A stretch of DNA of 64,000 bases. It comes from an uncultured Bacteriovoracaceae bacterium (lineage in GTDB: Bacteria > Bdellovibrionota > Bacteriovoracia > Bacteriovoracales > Bacteriovoracaceae). The first letter of the stretch is position 1, and each line of letters starts with the position of its first letter. Position numbers and translations under genes: made by a program. The stretch spans positions 32,001-96,000 of the forward strand of contig CAXGUD010000006.1 of the NCBI GenBank assembly GCA_964012805.1, written 5' to 3'. Below the pieces are notes generated by a model. The model worked only from the letters and a program-made list of their open reading frames with translations, had not been told where the DNA came from and ran no database searches. Shown piece after piece: positions 18,989 to 29,317 of this stretch.

Positions 18989-20605
18989 ATGAATCGTGAA
19001 GTAAATGAAATCGATCGAAAAAATCTTTTTTTAAAAAGATCACTCATCTCAGTTTCCGATAAAAGCGAATTAGGGCCTTTGGTAAAAAAGTTAGCAGAAA
19101 AAGGTGTCGAGTTGATAGCTTCTGGAGGAACCGCTAGATATATTAAATCTTTAGGCTTAAAGGTCACCCCTCTTCAGGAAATAACTGGGAACCCTGAGGC
19201 TTTTGATGGAAGGATGAAAAGTTTGAGCTTTCAGGTCTCAAGCTCACTCCTTTATAGAAGGGATAATCCCAAAGATGTTGCCAAGGCTTTGGAGTTGGGA
19301 ATCAAGCCAATCGACTGTGTTATTTGTAATTTGTATCCCTTCGAAGAAGCTTCAAAAGGAAGTAATTTATCAAGCCTTATAGAGAATATTGATATTGGTG
19401 GTCCAACAATGATTAGGGCGGCTGCAAAGAATTACGAGCATGTTCTTGTGTGCAGTTCTCCGTCTCAATATGCTGAATTTACAGAAGTTCTTTCTTCGGA
19501 AAAACCGCAAGTTTCATTAACTCTTAGAAAGAAGTGGGCGTTGGATGCTTTTAGGTTGAGTGCTTCTTATGAAGGGTTGATTGCAAATGAGTTAGAAAAT
19601 AGATGGGGAGAGGAAACGAAAACAATGTGCTTATCTCCTAAGCATGCGAAAGTGTTACGTTATGGTGAAAACCCACACCAAAAAGCATGGCTTTATCCTG
19701 CTAGAAATAACGGCCTTTCTGAGGCGAAGCTTTTGCAAGGAAAAGAACTATCCTATAACAATATCCTCGATACAGATGCCGCTTGGTCAGTTGTAAAGGA
19801 CCTAAATAAACTCTCATTGGATTCTAAATTTGAAAGACGGTTTTCTTACTCCAGTGTGGTAGTGAAGCACTCCAACCCTTGCGGTCTTGCAACCGCTTCC
19901 TCCAAAATAGAAAGCATAAAAATGTCATTTAAATCGGACCCTATTTCAGCTTTTGGTTCTGTTATAGGTGTTGATTATGAAGTTGATGAAGATGTGGCAA
20001 TTTTTTTGTCTAAAAAGTTTGTTGAGTTAATTGTTGCTCCAAGCTTTTCAGAAAAGGCTTTGGAAGTTTTAAGAAATAAGAAAAACATGAGGCTTCTCAT
20101 TCAAGACCTCGAATACACGGATCCTATGCCCAGTGTCCGTTCGGTTTTTGGTGGATGGCTAGTTCAGGATCATGATCAAGTCTTTGAAACAAAGGGTGAT
20201 TTTAAAACGGTGACCGAAAAGAGGATGAAAGAAGAGCAAAATAACCTCATCTCCTTTGGGATAGTCGCCACAAAGCATTTGAAATCAAATGCAATAAGCT
20301 TTGTCCTTCAAAAAAAAGAAGGTCTAGCAACTATCGGCGCTGGTATGGGGAATCCCAACCGTTTTCTTTCTTTAAAGGAGACATTTCAAAAAATTAAGGA
20401 GAATGGGCTTCAAGACTTAAGTGAAGGAATTTTGATTTCCGATGCCTTTTTCCCTTTTAGAGACAGCATTGATGAAGCTTTTCGGCAGGGAGTAAAGTTC
20501 ATCGTTCAACCAGGTGGAAGCATAAAAGATAATGAGGTTATTGAGGCGGCCAATGAACATGGAATAGCGATGGTCATGACAGGCAAGAGGCATTTCCGTC
20601 ATTAA
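18989..20605 (+). CDS. purH: bifunctional AICAR formyltransferase / IMP cyclohydrolase
   Basis: SVSDK, ENIDIGGPTMIRAAAKN, LRYGENPHQ, KHSNPCG, SDAFFPF, RHFRH. Confidence 0.97.
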   Translation: MNREVNEIDRKNLFLKRSLISVSDKSELGPLVKKLAEKGVELIASGGTARYIKSLGLKVTPLQEITGNPEAFDGRMKSLSFQVSSSLLYRRDNPKDVAKALELGIKPIDCVICNLYPFEEASKGSNLSSLIENIDIGGPTMIRAAAKNYEHVLVCSSPSQYAEFTEVLSSEKPQVSLTLRKKWALDAFRLSASYEGLIANELENRWGEETKTMCLSPKHAKVLRYGENPHQKAWLYPARNNGLSEAKLLQGKELSYNNILDTDAAWSVVKDLNKLSLDSKFERRFSYSSVVVKHSNPCGLATASSKIESIKMSFKSDPISAFGSVIGVDYEVDEDVAIFLSKKFVELIVAPSFSEKALEVLRNKKNMRLLIQDLEYTDPMPSVRSVFGGWLVQDHDQVFETKGDFKTVTEKRMKEEQNNLISFGIVATKHLKSNAISFVLQKKEGLATIGAGMGNPNRFLSLKETFQKIKENGLQDLSEGILISDAFFPFRDSIDEAFRQGVKFIVQPGGSIKDNEVIEAANEHGIAMVMTGKRHFRH

Positions 20606-20651
20606 TATGATGCAATTTGATTGTGTAATCTGATAAGGAAGGGAGTCAAAA

Positions 20652-21653
20652 TTGGAAAGTTTTTACCCAAAAACCTATAAAGAAGCTGGTGTCGATAACC
20701 AAAAAGCTGAACGATTTATTTCACGAATTAAGAAGAAAGTGGCAAGAACATATGGCCCTAGAGTTGTGGAAGGTGTTGGAGGTTTTTGCAGTTTATATGA
20801 AATGGGCAAAGACAAATACCTTTCTGCTGGTACTGACGGTGTGGGCACGAAGTTGGAGTTGGCGAAGCTCCTAAATAATCACTCTACGATAGGAATTGAC
20901 CTTGTAGCAATGTGTGCAAATGATATTATTTGTTCAGGATCCAGGCCTCTTTTTTTCATGGACTATTTAGCGACCGGTAGCCTTGATGTGGATGTAAGTG
21001 AAGAAGTTGTTTCAGGTATTATCGAGGGTTGTCAGGCATCTGAGATGGCCCTTATTGGTGGCGAAACTGCTGAAATGCCCGGTTTATATAGAGATGGTGA
21101 CTACGATTTAGCAGGTTTTGCGGTCGGAGAGGTCCATAAAGATGATGTATTAGATGGGAAAAACATAGAGGAGGGAGATGAAATTATTGGGATTTCATCT
21201 AGCGGTTTTCACTCAAACGGGTACTCTCTCTTAAGAAAAGTAGTAAGACCGGATGAAAAAGAGCTCTGTCAAATGCTTCTAAACCCAACCCGCCTTTATT
21301 GGCCATTTATTAAAGATTGCCTTAATCTACCAGGCCGACCAGTTAAAGGTTTGGCCCATATAACTGGTGGAGGTTGGACTAACCTCCTAAGGATTAACGG
21401 AAATTTTGATTATCATATAACCGACATGCCTTCTCTAAGTGATCTTCCCTCAATTTTTTCTGTTGTTGATCAGAGGCTTAAGATACCTCTAGTTAATTTT
21501 TTAGAGGTCTTTAATAGAGGAATTGGAATGATGATGGTCGTAAAACCTGGTCATAACCTTAAAGAAATTTTTTCTTCATGGAATGAAACATTTTGGTTTC
21601 TAGGTCATGTTGAGAAAAATAAAACTGGTAAAGGCAAATTAATTTATCACTAA
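20652..21653 (+). CDS. purM: AIR synthetase
   Basis: YKEAGVD, TDGVGTK, GGETAEMPG, SGFHSNGYSL, AHITGGG. Confidence 0.96.
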   Translation: MESFYPKTYKEAGVDNQKAERFISRIKKKVARTYGPRVVEGVGGFCSLYEMGKDKYLSAGTDGVGTKLELAKLLNNHSTIGIDLVAMCANDIICSGSRPLFFMDYLATGSLDVDVSEEVVSGIIEGCQASEMALIGGETAEMPGLYRDGDYDLAGFAVGEVHKDDVLDGKNIEEGDEIIGISSSGFHSNGYSLLRKVVRPDEKELCQMLLNPTRLYWPFIKDCLNLPGRPVKGLAHITGGGWTNLLRINGNFDYHITDMPSLSDLPSIFSVVDQRLKIPLVNFLEVFNRGIGMMMVVKPGHNLKEIFSSWNETFWFLGHVEKNKTGKGKLIYH

Positions 21654-21662
21654 ATTGCCTTT

Positions 21663-24008
21663 TTAACTATTTTGATTATCGTCCACTTTTTTCAGCAGTT
21701 CAGGGAAGGTTTTTAAGTCTTTTTCGATGTCTTGCATTTTGAAAAGAGAAGCTTCTTTTTTTAAATTAATAGACCAGGTTAAAAGGTCGTGAAAATGATG
21801 TCTTTCCGCAACTTTTTTTGCAGCTTGAGAAAATTCAATAACTTGATTAATTATGAAAGGACGTTTTAACTTTTTCCAATCAGAAAGAAGTACTTCTTTA
21901 AAAATTTGGATAAGGATATCTTTGTCAACAATGCTTTTGCCTTTAAAGTCTTCTTTGTCACTCCAATTTTTGGTAACCTCTGACAATTCATCAGTTTGTT
22001 CATCAAGGTTAATAATTTTATAAGGGAGGTACTTTGAAATTTCTTGAATAACCTCATTTTCCTGAACAGGCTTTTTGAGATAACTATCACAGATATTGAT
22101 AATGCGATCGAAGTCTTCTTTCATTGCAGATGCAGTAATTGCGACAATTGGAATGTTTTGAAACTCTTCTTCTTTTTTCCAAAACTTTGTTGCAGTTAAT
22201 CCATCCATAATAGGCATAATAATATCAAGTAATATGATATCAACTTTATATTTTTTTGTGATTTTTATCGCCTCATCTCCATTTTCGGCCATGATAAGGT
22301 CAAAATTATGTGACTCTAAAAATGTATGGAGGAGGTCTCGGTCTGTTTTTACATCATCGACGATTAAGATAGTCGCCTTTTCAAAATGATATACAGGCTT
22401 TCTGAGCGGGTCGCTTCTATCATCATAATTTGCGCTGGAACCAACTTCAACTTCTTTTAATGTCAAGTGAAAGGTGCTTCCTTTATCTAAAACACTTTCC
22501 GCTCGAAGCTCACCTCCCATAAGTGAAGATAGCTGTTGACTGATGGTAAGACCAAGCCCAGTACCACCAAACTTAGAGTATTTTTGGCGAGACCTTTGAT
22601 TAAAAGCTTCAAAAATTTTAGGAATTTGATCCCTTGGAATTCCTATACCGCTATCTTCAACTGAAAAATCAAGTGATACTTTATTTGCCTTTTTATTTGG
22701 CCATTTAAATGAAGCAATTAACTTTATTCCACCTTTGAAAGTAAATTTTAGAGCATTTGAGAGAAGGTTGAAAAGAATTTGTCTGACCCTCATTTCGTCA
22801 ATAATAATAACAGGGGGAAAATCCTTTTCTATTTCTATTTCAAAATCTAGACCTTTATTTTCAATCTGGTTTTTAAAAATAGAATTGATGTCTCTCAAGA
22901 GGTTGTTTGTATTACAAGCTGAATATTCGAGATGGAATTTACCGGCCTCAACTTTTGAAAGGTCTAAAATATCATTTATAATATTTAGCAATGCCTTACC
23001 ACTTGTATTGATAGAGTCCATATGTTCTTTAAGAGTTTTGTCTTTTAGATGTTTATGAACGATTTCAGAAAAACCTAAAATTGCATTCATAGGGGTTCTT
23101 ATTTCATGGCTCATGTTTGCTAAAAATTCACTCTTGTGTTGATTTGCAAGAATTAATTTTTCTTCAGTTTTCTTATGAGACCTGACTTCCTCTTTCAAGA
23201 GGTTTATATTTTGTTTAATTCTTTCTTCTTTTGCCTCAATCCTTTTCTCTAACTCATGCTTTGAGTTAATTAATTCGTTATTTCTTGTTCTTATTTCTTT
23301 AGATTGACTGACAAGTGTAGATTTATTTTCATGTAATTTTAAAAGAAGAGAATTAAATTGAACCTTTAAAAGTTGTAGCTCGTTTTTTCTCGGAATTTCC
23401 GCTTGAAGAGGCGTAAGATTTTCATAATTAATATTTTTTATTTCATAAATCAGTCCATCAATTGGTTTTTCCAATTCTCTTTTAAGAAAAAAGCGCATGA
23501 TGATGTAAAGAAGAATTGTCTTTATGAGTGCATTTAGAATTAAAATGAATAAACTCCCTTCAATTCTATTATAAATTTTACCCCAATGAGAACCCAAAGT
23601 TATGGTGCCCATTGAAAAAAACTTTTCACCTTTTTTGTAAATTAAAGCAGATTTGTACGAAAATTCAATTTTGTTCAAGAAAAGTATATTTCGAGTTTCT
23701 TTTTTCTTAAGAACGATAACAGGTTTATCCTCTAAATCATCTAATGTGATCTTTCTAAAACTGGAAAAGGATGAGAAATTTTCGAGGATGTATTTATAGC
23801 CTTTATGTTTGTTTATGTGTAACTTTTCAGATATATCCGGCCCTAAAAAATTAACGATTTCTTTCATTTCTTTAACGATAACTTTTTTTTCATGTTGAAA
23901 TTCAAAAAAAATTTGGATTAAGGTAATGAGAAAGGCAAAAAGCCAGTATAGAAGAAAGATATTCTTCAAAAGATGAGAGCTGAGATTTTTATTTTTAAAA
24001 CATACCAT
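21663..24008 (-). CDS. membrane-bound hybrid sensor histidine kinase (HisKA-HATPase-REC)
   Basis: Two TMs, FLANMSHEIRTPMN, N/G boxes, receiver IVDD...LLDIIMP. Confidence 0.92.
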   Translation of the reverse strand: MVCFKNKNLSSHLLKNIFLLYWLFAFLITLIQIFFEFQHEKKVIVKEMKEIVNFLGPDISEKLHINKHKGYKYILENFSSFSSFRKITLDDLEDKPVIVLKKKETRNILFLNKIEFSYKSALIYKKGEKFFSMGTITLGSHWGKIYNRIEGSLFILILNALIKTILLYIIMRFFLKRELEKPIDGLIYEIKNINYENLTPLQAEIPRKNELQLLKVQFNSLLLKLHENKSTLVSQSKEIRTRNNELINSKHELEKRIEAKEERIKQNINLLKEEVRSHKKTEEKLILANQHKSEFLANMSHEIRTPMNAILGFSEIVHKHLKDKTLKEHMDSINTSGKALLNIINDILDLSKVEAGKFHLEYSACNTNNLLRDINSIFKNQIENKGLDFEIEIEKDFPPVIIIDEMRVRQILFNLLSNALKFTFKGGIKLIASFKWPNKKANKVSLDFSVEDSGIGIPRDQIPKIFEAFNQRSRQKYSKFGGTGLGLTISQQLSSLMGGELRAESVLDKGSTFHLTLKEVEVGSSANYDDRSDPLRKPVYHFEKATILIVDDVKTDRDLLHTFLESHNFDLIMAENGDEAIKITKKYKVDIILLDIIMPIMDGLTATKFWKKEEEFQNIPIVAITASAMKEDFDRIINICDSYLKKPVQENEVIQEISKYLPYKIINLDEQTDELSEVTKNWSDKEDFKGKSIVDKDILIQIFKEVLLSDWKKLKRPFIINQVIEFSQAAKKVAERHHFHDLLTWSINLKKEASLFKMQDIEKDLKTFPELLKKVDDNQNS

Positions 24009-24107
24009 AAAATATTATCGGTTTTAAAATTAATTTGAAAATGAAACGGTATCGTTCTTACAAAAGGGAAAAAAAATCCATTTAATTACAAATACATTGA
24101 GTTAAAA

Positions 24108-26039
24108 ATGAATTTGTCGAAAAATTTGGCCATGGATAAAAAAGAAGATATACCCCTAATTCTAATTTGTGATGATACACCTAAGAATATTCAGGTTTTA
24201 GGAACTATCCTTATGGAAAAAGGGTATCATGTAACTGTGGCTGAGGATGGCACAGATTGTTTGAAAATGCTGGAAACGGTTAAACCTGACTTAATTCTTC
24301 TTGATATTATGATGCCAACTATGAATGGTTATGAAGCATGCGAAAAAATAAAAGAGGATCCTGACAAAAAAGATATACCTATTATTTTTCTAAGTGCCAA
24401 AAATGAAATTGATGATATTGTAAAAGGTTTAAGTCTTGGAGCCGTTGATTTTGTATCCAAACCATTTAACTCTATAGAATTACTTCAAAGAGTGAGGACT
24501 CAATTAGAGATTAAAAGAAGTAAGGATGTTATTTTAAAACAAAAAGCTATTTTGTCTACTTTGATAGATAACCTTGAGGAAGGTTTTTTTATTTTTGATA
24601 AAAATGGAAAAATTCAGGAAGGCTATTCGAAATCCGTAGAATCTTTTATAGGAAAAAATCCAAATGGAGAAAAAGTCGAGGATTTTATCCCTTTGAGTAC
24701 AAGTGACAGGGATTTATTTAAAAAATGGTATAAAAAAGTTTGGAATTCAAAACTTCTTATCAAAGATCTTATGCCTTTAGCACCAAAAGGTTTTAGCAAG
24801 GGAAAAAACTTTTATGGCCTTAATTTCACGCCAATATTTCAGGAAATTAAGGAAACCAGAAAGAAAAAGTTAATTCAAATGATTTGTACGATAAAAGATA
24901 AAACCGAGCAAAAAAAACTTGAAGAGATTGCTGAAAACGAAAAAAGCTATGTTAGTATGATGCTTTCTGTTCTTCAAGACCCCTTTAGCTTTTTGGACTT
25001 TATTGAAGATCAATCAGAGTTGATTCAAAATTGTTTGGAAGAATTGAAAGAAAATAATAAAGAATGGAAAGTCAAAAAACCAGATGAAAAGAAATTACTA
25101 GAATATTTTAACCATCTTTTCAGGCAAATACATACTTTAAAAGCTGAGGCACTTCGTTACTCATTAAGCGAAATAAAGAAACTTTGTATAGAAGTTGAAA
25201 ACATAATTTTTAAAATTCGAGAAGAAACCCAAAATTTTAAAGAAGAAGAGGTTTTAAAAATTATTGAATTCCTCCAAAAAATAAGTGGATCATTTTCAAA
25301 ATCATTTTTTTCGATTCAAACTTTCTTAGATTTGATAAATAACTCAGATGATAAAAAGTCTTCCAAGAGAATAGAAATTCAAGAAGTATATCAATATTTT
25401 AAAAGTAAAATAAGGGAAGAGAAAAGTGTTATAAGTGACTTTGAAAGAGATTATTTTCATCGTGATATTCATTATTTTTTTGAAGGTCACGATCAAATGT
25501 TAAAAAATATGGCCTTTGATTTAAATAAAGAAATTGAAATAAAAGTTTATCCTACAGATAGAACTTTTAATATGAAAACATACTCTCATTTCTTTTCAAC
25601 ATTAATTCATATTTTGAGAAATGCTCTCGATCATGGAATAGAAGAAAAAGTCTATCGTAAGGAAGTGGGCAAAAAAGAAGCAGGTTTAATAGAGATTCGG
25701 TGTAAAGATGGAGATGAGAAAAAAGAAGGAGAAAAAGGTCTTGTTCTTTTAATTTCTGATGATGGGGCAGGAATAGATATAGAGGCCCTTAAATCAAAAA
25801 TAATGGATAGCGAAGTTGCCAAAGATATAGATTTGGAAAAATGTACAAATGATGAAATCTTACAGAAAATTTTTATGCCAGGGTTTTCAACTAAAAAAGA
25901 AATTAGCCATATTTCAGGGATGGGAGTTGGATTGGATTCTGTTATGCATGAAGTTGAAAACTTAGGCGGTACAATTAGGGTTGACTCAACTTTTCAAAAG
26001 GGAACAACCTTTAGAATTGAAATTCCTTTTTTAAAATGA
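24108..26039 (+). CDS. REC-PAS-Hpt-HATPase CheA-like kinase lacking a CheW domain
   Basis: Receiver CDD...LLDIMMP; FRQIHTLK; HILRNALDHGIE; SDDGAGID; PGFSTK...SGMGVG; ends right after the HATPase. Confidence 0.85.
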   Translation: MNLSKNLAMDKKEDIPLILICDDTPKNIQVLGTILMEKGYHVTVAEDGTDCLKMLETVKPDLILLDIMMPTMNGYEACEKIKEDPDKKDIPIIFLSAKNEIDDIVKGLSLGAVDFVSKPFNSIELLQRVRTQLEIKRSKDVILKQKAILSTLIDNLEEGFFIFDKNGKIQEGYSKSVESFIGKNPNGEKVEDFIPLSTSDRDLFKKWYKKVWNSKLLIKDLMPLAPKGFSKGKNFYGLNFTPIFQEIKETRKKKLIQMICTIKDKTEQKKLEEIAENEKSYVSMMLSVLQDPFSFLDFIEDQSELIQNCLEELKENNKEWKVKKPDEKKLLEYFNHLFRQIHTLKAEALRYSLSEIKKLCIEVENIIFKIREETQNFKEEEVLKIIEFLQKISGSFSKSFFSIQTFLDLINNSDDKKSSKRIEIQEVYQYFKSKIREEKSVISDFERDYFHRDIHYFFEGHDQMLKNMAFDLNKEIEIKVYPTDRTFNMKTYSHFFSTLIHILRNALDHGIEEKVYRKEVGKKEAGLIEIRCKDGDEKKEGEKGLVLLISDDGAGIDIEALKSKIMDSEVAKDIDLEKCTNDEILQKIFMPGFSTKKEISHISGMGVGLDSVMHEVENLGGTIRVDSTFQKGTTFRIEIPFLK

Positions 26040-26084
26040 ACAAGTAAAAATTAAAATCCCTTTAATATAAGGAAGGAGTTGATA

Positions 26085-26291
26085 ATGTCTGATAGTATTT
26101 ATAAAGTTATTGAAGTTGTTGGATCCAGTCCTGTATCTTGGGAGGATGCTGCTAAAAAGGCCATAGAAAGGGCAAGCGAATCTTTAAGAAATTTAAGAAT
26201 TGCCGAGGTTATGGATCAGGATATAAAGATAGAAGATGGAAAACTCTCAGCTTATAGAACAAAATTAAAGCTTTCTTTTAAGTTTGATTAA
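26085..26291 (+). CDS. dodecin (flavin-binding)
   Basis: YKVIEVVGSS..SWEDAA, LRNLRIAEV, YRTKLKLSF; strong RBS. Confidence 0.92.
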   Translation: MSDSIYKVIEVVGSSPVSWEDAAKKAIERASESLRNLRIAEVMDQDIKIEDGKLSAYRTKLKLSFKFD

Positions 26292-26297
26292 AAAAAA

Positions 26298-26930
26298 TTA
26301 GTCTATGTACTCTTGTTGATAAATCTTTTTACTAGGCCAATGGATCCCTGTAAGCAACTTAGAGGGAGATGTGTCTACGCAAATACCAAAGTCACCATTG
26401 TCATCCTCAAAAAAACGGGGTCTTATTTGGTTCAGGTGTCCGCATATTTGATATTTTTCTTTCCTTTTTGGTGGATGGTAATAGTTCCAAATAAAGGAGG
26501 TAAAAGTTTCCTCTGAGTAATAATTGTTTCCGAGATTGAGGCCATCATCAAATGTTTTAAGGATTCCTGCAATTGGAGCATGAGTCAGGATTAGCTCATT
26601 TGTTTCAATAAAAAGAGGAAGGTCTTTTAACCAATCAACATAAGGGTCCATGTTTTTTATATCATGAAAGCTTTTTAGTGTTTCTGATCCCCAAGCATCA
26701 AACCAAGTACCTTCTCTATAGTAATTACTTTTTATTAGGTGGTTGAGCATCATATGCTCATGGTTTCCAAGTAAACTTCTGCCATTTTTCATAAAGAAAT
26801 CGAATACTTCCCTAGATCTTGGGCCTCTGTCATTAAGGTCACCTAAGCCTATAGGCTCATCATCTGGCATCTTTTTTAGAAGTGCCAAAAGTGTCTTGAA
26901 GTTTCCTGCAATATCTCCAATAAGATTCAT
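26298..26930 (-). CDS. calcineurin-like metallophosphoesterase (PPP/ApaH-like)
   Basis: GDIAG, GDLNDRG, GNHE, THA, GH motifs. Confidence 0.85.
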   Translation of the reverse strand: MNLIGDIAGNFKTLLALLKKMPDDEPIGLGDLNDRGPRSREVFDFFMKNGRSLLGNHEHMMLNHLIKSNYYREGTWFDAWGSETLKSFHDIKNMDPYVDWLKDLPLFIETNELILTHAPIAGILKTFDDGLNLGNNYYSEETFTSFIWNYYHPPKRKEKYQICGHLNQIRPRFFEDDNGDFGICVDTSPSKLLTGIHWPSKKIYQQEYID

Positions 26931-26955
26931 AATATTTATTTTACCATGATTTTTG

Positions 26956-27324
26956 TCAGCTTATCTTTTCAATAAGGTCTGTAATAGATTTGAGTATAAT
27001 AGGTTTTTGTAGAAAGTAGATGTCTTTTATTTGTCCAACTTCTTTTTGAACTTCTTTTAGAAAACCTGAGATGAAAATAATAGGGGTCTGCTGGTTAGGT
27101 CCATCTTTTTCCCTAATCTCTTTTGCAAGAGAACCCCCTGTTTTACCTGGCATTTTGTGGTCTAGAAGGAGCACATCGTATTTTATCTGACCAACTAAGT
27201 CCATAAACTCAGAAGAGGTTTGACTAACTTCAATTTCATAAAGGTCTTTTAACTCAAGACCTTCCTCAAGAATATTAAGAATTTTCTCTTCATCATCAAT
27301 GATTAAAATAACTTTTTTTTTCAT
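26956..27324 (-). CDS. single-domain response regulator
   Basis: IIDDE, LLDHKMP, ISG, KP. Confidence 0.9.
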   Translation of the reverse strand: MKKKVILIIDDEEKILNILEEGLELKDLYEIEVSQTSSEFMDLVGQIKYDVLLLDHKMPGKTGGSLAKEIREKDGPNQQTPIIFISGFLKEVQKEVGQIKDIYFLQKPIILKSITDLIEKIS

Positions 27325-27423
27325 GTCAAACCTGCCTTTTTTAACAGTTTTAGTCAGAATTTATATATAAAAAAATTATATAGACATAATAATAACAAAA
27401 AGAACTTTTAATTGGATTGTTTT

Positions 27424-27466
27424 AAAAGAGAGGTTAAGGATTCCTACTTTGTAACCCTTAACTCTC
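27424..27466 (-). terminator. probable intrinsic terminator after speE
   Basis: Imperfect inverted repeat GAGAGGTTAAGG / CCTTAACTCTC followed by Ts on the minus strand. Confidence 0.45.
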
Positions 27467-27485
27467 ATATTCGATTGATGTCTTT

Positions 27486-28343
27486 TTATCCTTTTAAGAA
27501 AAGACTCAAATTATTTTTCATGAACGTAGGTAAAGAAAATGCGGCTTTATGAATATCCTTATTGTAATAGTTAAACTTAAGTCCACTTTCTTTAACTCTC
27601 TCCTCTTTAAAGTCATTTAGAGGGTGAAGGCCTTTAGAAGCAAAAGTAAAACTCCAAAGTCCACCTGGGTAAGTGAGGTTTGAAAAATTATAAAGAAGAG
27701 AAACGGGAAAAAGTCCGTTTAAGATACTCATAAGTTTTTTTTGCATCTCAACTTCGTAGAATCCACTTTCTCCCTGACTAACAACTATTCCATCATCTGT
27801 TAAGCAATTAAATATGTCTTTATAAAAATCTTTTCCAAAAAGCGGCTGGGCCGGTCCAATGGGGTCTGTTGAATCGACTAGAATAAGGTCAAATTTTTCT
27901 TTTGTCTTCTTTACGAATTCCAGGCCATCCCCAATGATAAGGTTCATCTTCGGGTGGTCCAAATCTTTAGATGTTTGTGGTATAAATTTTCGGCAAGCCT
28001 CTACAACCATTTCATCAATTTCAACCATTGTACATTTTTTGACTCCAGGGTGTCTCAAGACTTCCCTGGCCGTACCTCCATCACCTCCGCCAATAACGAG
28101 CACATTTTGAGGGTCTGGATGTACAAAAAGAGGAACGTGGGCAATCATATCATGATAAATGAATTCATCTCTTTCTGTGACCATGACGAGGCCATCATTC
28201 AGAAGCATTTTTCCATGGCCTTTTGTTTGAACGACATCAACACTTTGAAATTTGCTTTTTCCAGAAAAGAGCACTTTTTCAACTTTATAATTCATTCCTA
28301 AAAAGTCGCCGTGTTTCTCTTCAATCCAAAGGTTAGATTTCAT
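27486..28343 (-). CDS. speE: spermidine synthase
   Basis: LNDG, DEFIYHDMIAH, IGGGDGG, VEID, VDSTDP, TYPGG. Confidence 0.95.
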   Translation of the reverse strand: MKSNLWIEEKHGDFLGMNYKVEKVLFSGKSKFQSVDVVQTKGHGKMLLNDGLVMVTERDEFIYHDMIAHVPLFVHPDPQNVLVIGGGDGGTAREVLRHPGVKKCTMVEIDEMVVEACRKFIPQTSKDLDHPKMNLIIGDGLEFVKKTKEKFDLILVDSTDPIGPAQPLFGKDFYKDIFNCLTDDGIVVSQGESGFYEVEMQKKLMSILNGLFPVSLLYNFSNLTYPGGLWSFTFASKGLHPLNDFKEERVKESGLKFNYYNKDIHKAAFSLPTFMKNNLSLFLKG

Positions 28344-28378
28344 ATATCTTGCTCCTAAATATATACTTTACTTGTCGC

Positions 28379-29317
28379 TTAAGAGATTAAAACTGCACTC
28401 TCTTCAGCCGTATCTTTTTTAATAAACTGTCTAAATTGGACTTCATACCCACAGTTAAGCTTTTCTTTAACGCACTTCACTGGGTAATTACTATTCTGAA
28501 AAGGTCTTTCTGGAATAAAATCATTAAAAGAGACCAGATCAAAACTTTCCGGTGAGAAAGCTTGTAGTATTTGAACGCCATAATTTTTATGCTCTCCCCA
28601 AAGGGGAAGGTTTGTTTCAAAGCTCGCATACGATCCCTCTTCTTGAGGAGTGACATGTATCGTAAAATATTGATGACCTTTAATAGCATTTAAAGAGTAG
28701 CCATAAGGCTTAAATACGAAATCGTCGATTTTCCAGTCACTAAAATATTTATTCAGTTTCAAAAACTCTCTAATATTACTTGTTTGCTGACCCTCTTGGC
28801 AAAAGATAGACTTGGCATCACTACCTAGGTGGTACATAAGAAGTTCATGGGTATAGTCACTTGGAGAAGGCGCAAACTCTTTATTTAGGTGATAGAGAAA
28901 GTTGTGGTGGCCGTCAGTATTACCAAAACGAAATGATTTACCACTAAAAACACTTTTAAGAGATTCGATATCAGAAAAGAAGTTTGTTTTTTGGAGGTGG
29001 GAGCAGTATTCATTTTTTCTTTGAAAAATAAGAGAAAGAATATCTTCCTTCGGAAACCTCTTTAAGAAAGTGTGAACCGCTTGGATAAGCTTTGTTTCAC
29101 CACAGGTTATCATCACGATTCTATCATCCCATACAAAAAGGCTAGATTCACTAAGCAGGTAAGCACTTAGACAACTATTGTGGATAGAGGATAAAATTTG
29201 GGCCCCGGAAGCACTAACAACTTCGTTCCAAAAGGGTTGTTTTATATTTCGCAGTGAGTCCCCTGCGGATAATTTAACAACGATTTCTAATTTTTTTTCA
29301 GATCCTTCAAAAAACAC
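28379..29317 (-). CDS. speD: S-adenosylmethionine decarboxylase proenzyme, eukaryote-like (class 2)
   Basis: FEGSEKKLE, YLLSE|SSLFV cleavage site, TCG, GYSLN, TIHVTP, SYASFETN; GTG 29317 follows an AGGAG RBS. Confidence 0.9.
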   Translation of the reverse strand: MFFEGSEKKLEIVVKLSAGDSLRNIKQPFWNEVVSASGAQILSSIHNSCLSAYLLSESSLFVWDDRIVMITCGETKLIQAVHTFLKRFPKEDILSLIFQRKNEYCSHLQKTNFFSDIESLKSVFSGKSFRFGNTDGHHNFLYHLNKEFAPSPSDYTHELLMYHLGSDAKSIFCQEGQQTSNIREFLKLNKYFSDWKIDDFVFKPYGYSLNAIKGHQYFTIHVTPQEEGSYASFETNLPLWGEHKNYGVQILQAFSPESFDLVSFNDFIPERPFQNSNYPVKCVKEKLNCGYEVQFRQFIKKDTAEESAVLIS

